Both the position numbers and the translations under genes were made by a program. A DNA stretch of 42,746 nt, taken from positions 1 through 42,746 of the forward strand of contig JBIOTN010000090.1 of NCBI GenBank assembly GCA_044866005.1. The letters run 5' to 3'. This document shows positions 1 through 8,388 of this stretch, piece by piece (position 1 is the first letter of the stretch; every line of letters starts with the position of its first letter). Under the pieces are notes generated by a model. That model was not told where the DNA came from, did no database searches, and worked only from the letters and a program-made list of their open reading frames with translations. Source of the DNA: Candidatus Rokuibacteriota bacterium. GTDB taxonomy: Bacteria; Methylomirabilota; Methylomirabilia; Rokubacteriales; DASRDR01.

Positions 1-331
1 GGTCGCGGCCGGGGAAGCGGAAGCGGGCGAAGCCGAAGCCGGCCAGCGAGTTGACGAAGAGGCCGCCGGCCGTGACCGCGGCCGCGACGAGGAAGCTGTT
101 GGCCATGAAGCGCCCGAACCGGTCCTCGCCGAAGAGGTACGCGAAGCCGGCGAGCGTCGGGTGGCGGGGGACGAAGGTCCAGATGGACAGCGGCCGCGTG
201 TAGCGGAAGATCTCGGCGTTGTCGCGGAACGCGGCGCCGAGGGCCCAGAGGACCGGGAGCAGGGTCAGGAGCGCGATGAGCGCGAGGGCGCCGTAGAGCG
301 CCACCGTCGTCGCGAGCCCGCGTCGCGTCAC
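1..331 (-). CDS. Carbohydrate ABC transporter permease (MalG/UgpE-like), 5' part; runs off the window
   Basis: Manual translation from GTG 331: MTRRGLATTVALYGALALIALLTLLPVLWALGAAFRDNAEIFRY...FMANSFLVAAAVTAGGLFVNSLAGFGFARFRFPGRD, a typical CUT1 second permease; directly follows the upstream permease. Confidence 0.88.
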   Translation of the reverse strand, partial: MTRRGLATTVALYGALALIALLTLLPVLWALGAAFRDNAEIFRYTRPLSIWTFVPRHPTLAGFAYLFGEDRFGRFMANSFLVAAAVTAGGLFVNSLAGFGFARFRFPGRD

Positions 332-335
332 GGGG

Positions 336-1217
336 TCAGTACTCCACCCGGGGGCGGAGCACCCGGAACTGGACGACGACCACGACCAGCATCAGGGCCA
401 GCAGGAGCGTCGAGACGGCGCTCGCGTACCCCAGCCGGAAGTAGACGAACGCGTTCCGGTAGACCTCGAACATCAGCACGGTGGTCGCGTCGGACGGACC
501 GCCCTGCGTCATGACGTACATCGGGGCGAAGAGCAGGAAGTTGATCGCGGTGTCGGCGACGACGACGAAGACGATGGTGCGCACCAGGAGCGGCAAGGTC
601 ACGCGCCAGAAGAACTGCCAGGCCGACGCGCCGTCGAGGAGGGCCGCCTCCCGGAACACGCCGGGGATGGCCTGGAGGCCCGCCAGGAAGATGACCATCC
701 AGTAGCCGACGCCCTTCCAGGTCACCATGGCGATCACGGCGCCCATGGCCTGACGGGCGCTCACCAGGAACGGCTGGGGCGGGACGCCGAAGACGGCCAG
801 CAGGCTGTTGGCCAGGCCGTGGTCCGGGTTGTAGATCAGGTCCCAGACGATGCTGGCGACGACCAGCGAGACGACGGCGGGGACGAAGAAGACGGCCCGG
901 AAGACGCTCATCCCCGGCAGCCGGCGGTTCACCAGGACGGCCAGCCCGAGCGCCAGGACCACCTGGAGCGGCGTGACGACCGCGTTGAAGAGGAACGTGT
1001 TCCAGCAGGCGCGCCAGAAGAGCGGGTCGGCCAGCAGCTCCCGGTAGTTGCCGAGGCCGATCCAGGCCGTGCGCCCCGAGATGGCCTCGTAGTCGTAGAA
1101 GCTGGCGGCGAGGCCGACCCCGATGGGGTAGAGCTTGAAGAGCGCGAGCCCCAGGAGGGCCGGCGCGATGAAGAGGTAGGGCGCGGCGAGGCGCCTCGCC
1201 GCGCCCCGGGCCTTCAC
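336..1217 (-). CDS. Carbohydrate ABC transporter permease (MalF/UgpA-like)
   Basis: TM helices and EAA motif (REAALLDGASAWQFFWRVTLP); start moved to GTG 1217, just after the binding-protein stop. Confidence 0.92.
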   Translation of the reverse strand: MKARGAARRLAAPYLFIAPALLGLALFKLYPIGVGLAASFYDYEAISGRTAWIGLGNYRELLADPLFWRACWNTFLFNAVVTPLQVVLALGLAVLVNRRLPGMSVFRAVFFVPAVVSLVVASIVWDLIYNPDHGLANSLLAVFGVPPQPFLVSARQAMGAVIAMVTWKGVGYWMVIFLAGLQAIPGVFREAALLDGASAWQFFWRVTLPLLVRTIVFVVVADTAINFLLFAPMYVMTQGGPSDATTVLMFEVYRNAFVYFRLGYASAVSTLLLALMLVVVVVQFRVLRPRVEY

Positions 1218-1218
1218 G

Positions 1219-2502
1219 CTACTTCTTGTACCGGGCCAGCACGGCATCGATCCGCGCCACGGCCGTGTCCAGCTCTTTCCGGGCGTCGCCGCCGTCGATC
1301 ACGTTCCGGATCGCGGTGCGCAAGAGGTCCTCGTACTCCCGCCAGGCCGGCGTGGACGGGCGCCGGACGGCGGTGTGGGTCACCTCGTGGTAGAAGAGGC
1401 TGTTCGGCGGCTGCTTGAACTCGTCGGGGAACGCCTCGAAGGTGGACTTCCGGACCGGCGTGTAGTTCATGATCTTGAAGTTGTCCCTGGCCTGCTCGGC
1501 GTTCGAGTACGCCAGCGCCAGCGCCGCCGCCTCCTTGGGGTGCTTCGTCCGCTTGAAGACGCCCACGTGCCAGGCGCCGGTGGGGGTGACCGGCTTCTTG
1601 AAGGAGGGGTGCGGCGTCAGCGCCCACCTGGTTTGCGGGAAGAGCCGGCGGAGCTGGTTCACGTGCGGCGAGTTGGCCAGGAAGAGCGCGGCCTGCCCGC
1701 GCCCGAAGGCGTCCGGGATCGGCTTCTTGGGGCTGACGGCGTGCTTGTTGTAGAGGTCGCCGTAGAACTGGAGCGCCTCGACCGCCTCCGGGCTGTTGAG
1801 GAACCCGGCGGTCTTCGTGCCGTCGGGCGCGATGGCCTGGGCGCCGTTGGACTGGAAGAGCGGCAGGATCTGGTAGGGGCGGTCCACCTGCTCGACGACG
1901 AACCCGTAAACCTGCGTGGTCCCGTCGGGCGCCTTGCGGGTGAGCTTCTTGGCCGCCTCCAGGAGCTGGCCCCAGGTCCAGCGCTTGTCGGGCGTGGCGG
2001 GCGGCGTGATCCCCGCGTCCCGCAGCATGTCGGTGTTGTAGAAGACGGCCTGGCTGGAGGAGGACCAGGGCAAGCTGAGGATCTTCCCGTTGTAGGTCGC
2101 GATCTGCCGCTCCTGCTCCAGGAAGTCCTGCCAGTCGGCCCGGTCCACGTACTCGTCGAGCGGGAGGAGGACGTCCTGGTGGCCGTAGTGGGCGACCAGC
2201 GGGCTGTCCACGTCGAAGGCGTCGATGCCGCTGCCGGCCGCGAGCGCCACCGAGACCTTCTGGAAGTACTGGTCGAACGGGACCTCGGTCAGCTCTACCT
2301 TGATCTGGGGGTGCGCCTTCTCGAACCGCTCGACGACCTGGAGGATCGCCTGGCGGCGTGGCTCGCCGCGGGCGACCGACAGGTACTTGAGCGTGACTCG
2401 CTCCTGGGCCGCCGCCCGGCGGGGGCCGAGCGTGGCGGCGGCGACGGCGCCGCCGAAGCCGGACACGGCCCGGGTGACGAAGGTGCGTCGGGTGATCCCC
2501 AT
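1219..2502 (-). CDS. Sugar/nucleoside ABC transporter substrate-binding protein, TAT signal
   Basis: Twin-arginine signal ITRRTF; SBP family 1 pattern (VFYNTDML..AGI..P..WTW); GAGG-type RBS upstream. Confidence 0.92.
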   Translation of the reverse strand: MGITRRTFVTRAVSGFGGAVAAATLGPRRAAAQERVTLKYLSVARGEPRRQAILQVVERFEKAHPQIKVELTEVPFDQYFQKVSVALAAGSGIDAFDVDSPLVAHYGHQDVLLPLDEYVDRADWQDFLEQERQIATYNGKILSLPWSSSSQAVFYNTDMLRDAGITPPATPDKRWTWGQLLEAAKKLTRKAPDGTTQVYGFVVEQVDRPYQILPLFQSNGAQAIAPDGTKTAGFLNSPEAVEALQFYGDLYNKHAVSPKKPIPDAFGRGQAALFLANSPHVNQLRRLFPQTRWALTPHPSFKKPVTPTGAWHVGVFKRTKHPKEAAALALAYSNAEQARDNFKIMNYTPVRKSTFEAFPDEFKQPPNSLFYHEVTHTAVRRPSTPAWREYEDLLRTAIRNVIDGGDARKELDTAVARIDAVLARYKK

Positions 2503-2515
2503 GGCTTTCCCTCCT

Positions 2516-3523
2516 CTACGAGAGCGCGGTGGTGAGGCCGGGAAGGAAGTGCCCCAGGAAGCGCGGGACGTCGACCGCGACCGCGACGTCGACGGCGCCG
2601 CCGCGGACCGGCCGGATGCCGCCGCCGAGGCCGCTCCGCCGGTCGACGGTCTGGCCGTACGTCATCTCCCCGCGCAGCTCCACGCCGACCTCCAGGCGCT
2701 CGGTGGTCAGCACGTCGGGGTCGGCGACGGCCACCACCGCCAGCGGGTCGTGGAGCCAGCAGCCGGGGATCCCCCGGCGCTCGCGGACGAAGCGGATCCA
2801 GGGCTCGGTGATGCGGCGGACGAACGCGGCCGCGTCCGTGCCGGCCCGTGTCGCGGCGGCCAGGTCGTCCAGCGTCAGGTGGGTCTCTATCGTGACGTCG
2901 AGCCCGACCATGGTCACCCGCGCGCCGGAGCGGAACACGATCTGCGCGGCCTCGGGGTCGTTGGCGACGTTGAACTCCACGGGGGCGATGGCGGGGTGCC
3001 GCCCCCCGAGGTTGCCGCCCATGCACACGATCGCCCGCACGGCGCGCGCCACCCGCGGCTCGAGCGACAGCGCGAGCGCCACGTTGGTGAGCGGGCCAAT
3101 GGGGACGAGCGTGACCTCGCCCGGGGCGGCCATGACCGTCTCCACGATGAACTCGGCCGCCCGACCGGGCCGCGGCGCGAGCTTCGTCGCAGGCGGCGGG
3201 ACGTCGCGCCAGAGCGCGTGGGCCAGCGGGTCGTCGCGACGCGCGTGGAGGAAGGCCGCGATCTCCTCGCGCTCCCGCACCAGCGGGCGGGCGGCCCCCG
3301 CGTACACGGGCACATCATGCCGCCCCAGCAGCTCGAGCGTCTGGAGCGCCGAGGGCACCGCGTCGGCCAGCTCGACGTTGCCGGCGACCACGGTGATCCC
3401 CTCGACGGTCAGGTCCGGACACCCGAGCGCCCAGGCCAGCGCGAGCACGTCGTCCACGTCCGCGCCGGGCACGCCGGCGCTGGGATCCGTGTCGATGATG
3501 ACGCGGCGCGGGGGCTCGCTCAC
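2516..3523 (-). CDS. Nucleoside hydrolase (IU-NH family)
   Basis: IIDTDP...DVDD Asp cluster, GITVVAGN, IGPLTNVA, MGG, EFNVANDPEAA, LHDPLAV. The ORF-track ATG (3538) lies inside a -10 element, so GTG 3523 is preferred. Confidence 0.93.
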   Translation of the reverse strand: MSEPPRRVIIDTDPSAGVPGADVDDVLALAWALGCPDLTVEGITVVAGNVELADAVPSALQTLELLGRHDVPVYAGAARPLVREREEIAAFLHARRDDPLAHALWRDVPPPATKLAPRPGRAAEFIVETVMAAPGEVTLVPIGPLTNVALALSLEPRVARAVRAIVCMGGNLGGRHPAIAPVEFNVANDPEAAQIVFRSGARVTMVGLDVTIETHLTLDDLAAATRAGTDAAAFVRRITEPWIRFVRERRGIPGCWLHDPLAVVAVADPDVLTTERLEVGVELRGEMTYGQTVDRRSGLGGGIRPVRGGAVDVAVAVDVPRFLGHFLPGLTTALS

Positions 3524-3533
3524 GGTGTCAGGT

Positions 3534-3542
3534 AGCATACCA
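3534..3542 (-). promoter_or_regulatory. Putative extended -10 promoter (TGgTATGCT) of the nucleoside hydrolase/ABC operon
   Basis: Minus strand reads TGGTATGCT, ending 10 nt before GTG 3523; no Shine-Dalgarno in between. Confidence 0.5.
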
Positions 3543-3580
3543 CCCGGGGCGCGGCGCGGCTCCCCACCCCCTTTCGATCC

Positions 3581-4042
3581 TCATCGTTGCCACAGGCGGG
3601 GGTCGAAGCTGAACGGCTCCGGGCGGCCGAGGCGGATCCGGCGGAAGTCGGGATGCGCGGGGTTCAGCAGGAAGTTCCGCTCTTGAGGCACGATCACCGA
3701 CGGGACCATCAGAACCGCGCTGGTGCCCGCGCGCGCCCAGGCGGTGCCCAGGTCGGCGAGCGCTTCCGGCGCGGGATAGGCTCGCCATTTCGGGGGCAGC
3801 GCGGCGGCCGTCACCTCCCGCCGAGCCACCGCGTCCGGGATGTCGGCGGGGACGGCGACGAGATCGGCCGGGGCCCGGGGAGGATCGAGGTGGACGAGGT
3901 ATTCCAGGGCGGCCAGCGAGAGCGTGGCGGACGTGTAGACGATTGCCACGCCGCGGTGATTCCAGCGGCCACCGGCCTGCCGAGCGCCTTCGCCATCGAA
4001 AGCCGCGTACGGCTGGCGGCAGATCCGCCAGACCCGCGTCAG
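3581..4042 (-). CDS. RES-domain toxin (MbcT/ParT-like, NAD+-consuming)
   Basis: The frame extends upstream of the ORF call as (L)TRVWRICRQPYAAFDGEGARQAGGRWNHRGVAIVYTSATLSLAALEYLVH...VPSVIVPQERNFLLNPAHPDF, with R, E and S residues present. The likely start is CTG 4042, overlapping the antitoxin stop. Confidence 0.92.
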   Translation of the reverse strand: MTRVWRICRQPYAAFDGEGARQAGGRWNHRGVAIVYTSATLSLAALEYLVHLDPPRAPADLVAVPADIPDAVARREVTAAALPPKWRAYPAPEALADLGTAWARAGTSAVLMVPSVIVPQERNFLLNPAHPDFRRIRLGRPEPFSFDPRLWQR

Positions 4043-4473
4043 CTGTAGACCCCGTGCGCGATGCGGATGAGGAGGTCTTCGACCTGACGGGCGCCGAGCT
4101 CCGTATCCAGCTGACGCAGCGGCGTCTCACTTCCGAGCGCTCGGTTGGGCTGATGCAGCCACCGGGTGGCCTTCTCGCGGCTCCCCAGGACCTCCTCCGC
4201 CAGGGCGGCAGTCCGGCCCAGGCGGAAGAGCCGGTCCGACTCATCCGCGTGCAGCCGCTTCTCGCGCTTGCGCCGCGCGAGCGTTCGGGGCGGCACGTGG
4301 AGCACTTTGACCAGGTCGGCCGTGCCGATCTCGAAGCCCGAGGCGACCGCCTCGAGGGCCGAGTAGGGGAGGCCGGCCCTGAGCTGAGCCTGCAACTCCT
4401 CCAGCGTGACGTTCTTGCGCCTGAAGGCGCGACTTCCCCCGAAAGTCGCCACGATGCGCTCCGCCGTCACCAC
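4039..4473 (-). CDS. Antitoxin, Xre/MbcA/ParS family (HTH + DUF2384-type C-terminus)
   Basis: RAGLPYSALE...VPPRTLARRKREKRLHADESDRLFRL...A.RWL.QPNRALG..TPL..LDTELGARQVEDLLIRIAHGVYS; GGAGG/GGAG precede GTG 4473/4470. Confidence 0.93.
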   Translation of the reverse strand: MVTAERIVATFGGSRAFRRKNVTLEELQAQLRAGLPYSALEAVASGFEIGTADLVKVLHVPPRTLARRKREKRLHADESDRLFRLGRTAALAEEVLGSREKATRWLHQPNRALGSETPLRQLDTELGARQVEDLLIRIAHGVYS

Positions 4474-4487
4474 GCTCCGTCGACCTC

Positions 4488-4533
4488 CGGCATCTGGCAC
4501 TCAGTGTACCGCCAAATGGCATACCCCCGCAAC
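4488..4533 (-). promoter_or_regulatory. Putative TA promoter (TTGCGG-N18-TACACT) with two operator-like 12-mers
   Basis: Minus strand TTGCGG...TACACT; plus-strand CGGCATCTGGCA (4488-4499) and CGCCAAATGGCA (4510-4521) flank the -10. Confidence 0.5.
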
Positions 4534-4655
4534 CCCTGCCGATTCTCGTCCCCGCCGAGCTTCGAGCCCCGTTGGAGCCACGATCCGAGCGACCTGACGG
4601 CACGGGCGCCCGGCGGGTTATCATCGGGGTCTGACACCTCGACCCGGAGGGACCC

Positions 4656-4822
4656 ATGGGAGCGAAGGGCGAGGCGCTGGCCAAGCCGTTCCAGGCGAAG
4701 GCCCAAGACGCGACGGCGGTCCTGGAGAAGCTGAGCGACGCGGACTGGAAGAAGACGACGGCGGGGAGATCCACCACATCGACGAGCACGTCGGCAGCAT
4801 CCGGAAGACCGTTGGCGCCTGA
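4656..4822 (+). pseudogene. Internally deleted DinB-like gene relic
   Basis: RBS GGAGG + ATG 4656 gives MGAKGEALAKPFQAKAQDATAVLEKLSDADWKKTTA; a different frame then gives IHHIDEHVGSIRKTVGA* (stop 4820-4822), which contains the C-terminal HxxxH of the DinB fold. The middle of the gene is missing. Confidence 0.65.
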
Positions 4823-4949
4823 GCGCGGCCCGGTCGGCGAGCCCGCCGTCGTCCCCGGCCTCCGCTGTCCCGGGGTCGCCGGGGGCTCGCGCGCGCCGCG
4901 TCGGTTGGGGGCATGCGCGGGAAGGATCTCATGCGCGGGAGGATTCGAG

Positions 4950-6050
4950 ATGCGTCTCTGGCTCGTCGCCGTCCTGGCGACCCCGTGGCTGTGGCCGATC
5001 GGCGGGGTCCCCGCCGGTGCCCAGCCGCGTGCCGCCGCCCCGGCCCCCGACTCGGCCCCGCTCGGTCGCGCTGACCATCCGGTCTGGAATGTCGGCGACG
5101 AGTGGACGTATCGCTGGGAGAGCCCGCGCGGGAAGGGCAGCTTCACCTGGGTGCTCAAGGGGGAAGAGGTCGTGGACGGGGTCGCCCACTACGTGACCGC
5201 GAGCGGTGCCCGGGAGACGTACTGGCAGAGGTCCGACCTCGGCTTTCATTTCACCACGCTCGAGGGGAACGTCGAAGAGCGCGCCACCCCGCCCAGGCGT
5301 GACTACGCCTGGCCGCTCACGGCCGGCAAGAGCTGGGAGTACATCTTTACCCGGGAGCGGCCGCTCGAGCGCCAGAGCGACGAGTTCACCATCGCGGTCG
5401 TCGTCGAGCGGGAGGAGACGGTCACCGTGCCCGCCGGCACCTTCCAGACCTTCAAGCTCGTCCAGCGGAACAAGCGGACGCAGGCGGTCGCCAGCGAGTG
5501 GTGGTACGCCCCCGTGGTCAAGTCGTTCGTCCGCCAGCGGATCCGGCGGGGCGCCGGCAGCCGCGGTGCCGCGTTCCTCGAGGTACGTGAGCTGGTGGCC
5601 TTCAAGCTCGCCGGCCCCACGGCGGCGGCGCCGGCGGGCCCGAAGCCGGCCGCTCCACCGTCGCCGAGCGCGTCGCCCGCCCCGCCGCTTGGTCCGGGGC
5701 CGACGAGCCCGAGCTCGCCGTCCGGCCGAATCGCCCCGGCGCCCGGGGCGCCGGGCAGCGCGCTCGCCGAGTTCAGCCACAAGATCACCTATCGGGTGAC
5801 CGGCACCGCCCAGGAAGCCAGCATCACCTATCGCAACGCCAGGGGCGGCACCCAGCAGACGGCCGGACGCATTCCCTGGGAGGTCAGCTTCGACTCGCGG
5901 GCCGGGAACTTCCTCTATGTGTTGGCGCAAAACCAGGGCGCGAGCGGCTCCGTCAGCTGCGACATCCTGGTGGACGGCGAGGTCATGGCGACTGCAACCT
6001 CGACCGGCGCGTACGTCATCGCGGAGTGTAGCGAGGCCGGCCAGCCCTGA
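4950..6050 (+). CDS. Exported protein: signal peptide, beta-rich domain (ETVTVPAGTF type), Pro/Ser linker, MmpS-like C-terminal domain
   Basis: RBS GGAGGA + ATG 4950; WNVGDEWTY...ETVTVPAGTF...WWYAP; C-terminus KITYRVTG...ITY...PW...SVSCDILVDGE...AECS with two Cys. Confidence 0.75.
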   Translation: MRLWLVAVLATPWLWPIGGVPAGAQPRAAAPAPDSAPLGRADHPVWNVGDEWTYRWESPRGKGSFTWVLKGEEVVDGVAHYVTASGARETYWQRSDLGFHFTTLEGNVEERATPPRRDYAWPLTAGKSWEYIFTRERPLERQSDEFTIAVVVEREETVTVPAGTFQTFKLVQRNKRTQAVASEWWYAPVVKSFVRQRIRRGAGSRGAAFLEVRELVAFKLAGPTAAAPAGPKPAAPPSPSASPAPPLGPGPTSPSSPSGRIAPAPGAPGSALAEFSHKITYRVTGTAQEASITYRNARGGTQQTAGRIPWEVSFDSRAGNFLYVLAQNQGASGSVSCDILVDGEVMATATSTGAYVIAECSEAGQP

Positions 6051-6214
6051 GGTGGGCCCGGACAGCACGCCTCCGCGCTTCAGGGGCCAGGGCGTCGGAA
6101 CGGGACGTGGTTCCGGACCGGGCGGTTGGGGCTCGGGTCCGGGGGGCTTCGGCAGAACGAAAGTCGGTCCCCCCAGCTTGTTCAACCCGAACACGAGGAT
6201 GTCCCACAGATTCG

Positions 6215-6317
6215 GACCACGACCAGGTCCGTCGGGGCGTCGGCTGGACGAAGCATTCCAGGGCGGCCAACGAGAGCGTGACGGATGTTTAGACGACCGC
6301 CACGTGCGATGATTCCA
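6215..6317 (-). pseudogene. Degraded fragment of a second RES toxin gene
   Basis: 6245-6317 aligns by eye to 3891-3964 with about 10 mismatches and 1 gap; TAC(Tyr)->TAA; continues out of frame as DAPTDLVVV (cf. RAPADLVAV). Confidence 0.8.
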
Positions 6318-6390
6318 TGAGTAGTGGCCGAGGTACTGGAGGAACAGGTTGTAACCCGGGTTGCCGGCGTTCTCCTGGGCGGCCGACGTG

Positions 6391-7398
6391 CTAATCGGAC
6401 CGTCGTTGTCCTTCGTCAGGAATCCGGAGCGCGGCTGCCTCGAGCGGTACAGTGGTGAAGATCCGGGGCGCAAGAAAGTACGTGAGCAGCTCCGCGGCGT
6501 AACGGATACTGCGACCCGTGGGATCGAGAGGAGGTGAGACCTCCATCACGTCGATCGCCCGGACGTTGGCGCCTCGGAGGATTCCCAGGATCTGTTGAAC
6601 GTGCACGGGCGTGATACCTCCGATCACGACGCTTCCGGTTCCAGGCAAATACGCCGAATCGATCACATCGATGTCGACCGAAACGTAAAAACAGTCTGTT
6701 CGTTCCCCGGCGATGCCCGCGGCGCGCTTCGCCACTTCCGCTGGCCCAAGGCGACAGACGTCGAGATGGGTGAAGACCGTGGAGTGATTGCGGTGGATCG
6801 TCGACCATTGCTCCTGGCTGACGAAGCCGTGAACTCCCACCCAGACCATGTCCCGCGGGTCCACCACGTCCAGCTCGGATACCCGCCTCGCATTGGACCC
6901 GTGATAATAGCGACCCCAGATCGGACTCTCGTTCACGAAATCGAGATGGCCGTCGATGTGGATATATCCGACCCGCCGCACGTTGGACGGCAGACCTTCA
7001 CTGAAGCCCCAGAACGACGGATACGAAATGTAGTGATCGCCACCCAGGACGACCGGAAACGCTCCTCGCCTCGCAAGGGAACGTACCGTGGTGCGTACTG
7101 ACTCAGTCGTCCGCTCGAGATCGTTCGGGAAGACCGGAACGTCCCCGATATCAACCACACGGGTCGGGCCAGGCATCACCAAGACGGTCTTGCCGTCTTC
7201 GCTGAGGGCGGATCCTGGAGCGCGCGCGAACGTGTCGGCGATCGAGGCGGAGGCGGTTCGAATGCCTCGCGGGCCGTATCGGGCGCCGACCCGCGCCGTA
7301 ACCGTACTGTCGTGCGGTACCCCAACGATGGCCACGGACCCGGCCGGAACGTCATCCAGCCCGACCAGAGGCGCGTTCAGGAACGTGCCATAGCTCAT
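6391..7398 (-). CDS. Ureohydrolase (agmatinase/guanidino-amidinohydrolase family), intact binuclear metal site
   Basis: GARYGPRGIR, LGGDHY, IDGHLD, YHGS, SVDIDVIDSAYLPGTG, DVMEVSP: all six canonical metal ligands present. Confidence 0.92.
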   Translation of the reverse strand: MSYGTFLNAPLVGLDDVPAGSVAIVGVPHDSTVTARVGARYGPRGIRTASASIADTFARAPGSALSEDGKTVLVMPGPTRVVDIGDVPVFPNDLERTTESVRTTVRSLARRGAFPVVLGGDHYISYPSFWGFSEGLPSNVRRVGYIHIDGHLDFVNESPIWGRYYHGSNARRVSELDVVDPRDMVWVGVHGFVSQEQWSTIHRNHSTVFTHLDVCRLGPAEVAKRAAGIAGERTDCFYVSVDIDVIDSAYLPGTGSVVIGGITPVHVQQILGILRGANVRAIDVMEVSPPLDPTGRSIRYAAELLTYFLAPRIFTTVPLEAAALRIPDEGQRRSD

Positions 7399-8384
7399 GC
7401 CGTAAGCCGTCCTGCCAGCAGCCGCAGTAATGCGACGGCCGCGAGACGCTGGGTCGTGATGGACATCTCGACGGTCGGGACAACGTTGACGATATCGATG
7501 GCCGCAACCGGTGCGGCCGCAAGGGCGTCCATCAGCTCGAGCAACTCGAGGTTGCTAAACCCGCCGAAGTGCGGACAGTCCGTGCCGGGCGCATAGACGC
7601 CATCCACCACGCCCACATCCAGGGACACGTACACATGCGAGGCGTTGGCGAGCGCCAGGGTGAGAGCGCCTTGAGCGGCCGCGGCGATGCCCTCGGCCCG
7701 TGCCTTCCTTGCCGTGATGATGGGTAACTTACGGGCGCAGGCGAAATCCCAGTCGGCCGCAGGAACGAAGCCCGAGGTCCCGAGCCAAACCATTGCCGGG
7801 CACGCGGGATCGTCTGAGTCGAGAATGCAGCGGTTCGTGGCACCTTGCCAGAACCGGCCCCAAAGCCTGTCCTCGCCATGTGCCAGGCACAGGTCGGCAG
7901 AGATCTGGAGAAACGCCACGGGTCCCGCCCTGGCGGTCGCCACCCCGCGCCATAGCGGATAGGAAATGAATCGGTCACCACCCAGGAAGACAGGCGTCGC
8001 ACCCCGTCCGGCGATGAGACGTGCCTGTTCCTCTAGCGCCGCGATTGTGCGCCGAGTGTCATTCGGATAGACGCGCAGATCCCCGCAGTCCGCGATGGGG
8101 CTGTCGACCGTTAGACGAAGCGGCTGAAGGGTGCCGACCTCCAGCAGGCCTGTGGTAATGGCGGCAGCGGCCTGCAGGTGGTACCCCAGGTAGCTCGAGC
8201 TGTCGCGAATGGCCTTGGGGCCGAAACGGGCGCCGTTGATCCCGGGCGAGGTGTGGTCCCAGGTCACCCCCGCGACGACGACATGGCCGGCGGGGATCTG
8301 GTTGATCTCCACCGACCGCGCCCGGAGGTACGTCGGGATGCCGGCGAACACGGGAAGGGGATCCTTGGGATCGAACGCGCCCAT
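7395..8384 (-). CDS. Ureohydrolase-fold protein with degenerate metal site (pseudo-enzyme)
   Basis: Start MGAFDPKD at ATG 8384; FAGIPTYLRA and GARFGPKAIR kept, but GGDR, ISADLC, SLDVG and IDIVNV replace the ligand motifs; ATGA overlap with the downstream gene. Confidence 0.88.
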   Translation of the reverse strand: MGAFDPKDPLPVFAGIPTYLRARSVEINQIPAGHVVVAGVTWDHTSPGINGARFGPKAIRDSSSYLGYHLQAAAAITTGLLEVGTLQPLRLTVDSPIADCGDLRVYPNDTRRTIAALEEQARLIAGRGATPVFLGGDRFISYPLWRGVATARAGPVAFLQISADLCLAHGEDRLWGRFWQGATNRCILDSDDPACPAMVWLGTSGFVPAADWDFACARKLPIITARKARAEGIAAAAQGALTLALANASHVYVSLDVGVVDGVYAPGTDCPHFGGFSNLELLELMDALAAAPVAAIDIVNVVPTVEMSITTQRLAAVALLRLLAGRLTA

Positions 8385-8388
8385 TCGT

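Noticed and set aside
2516..4473. Functional link between the RES NAD+-consuming toxin and the nucleoside hydrolase
   Set aside because: A separate promoter-like element lies between them, and TA modules insert promiscuously; adjacency is the only evidence.
4656..6050. 464-aa ORF as a single gene
   Set aside because: It joins a DinB relic, GC-rich spacer sequence and a separate gene with its own RBS and signal peptide at 4950.
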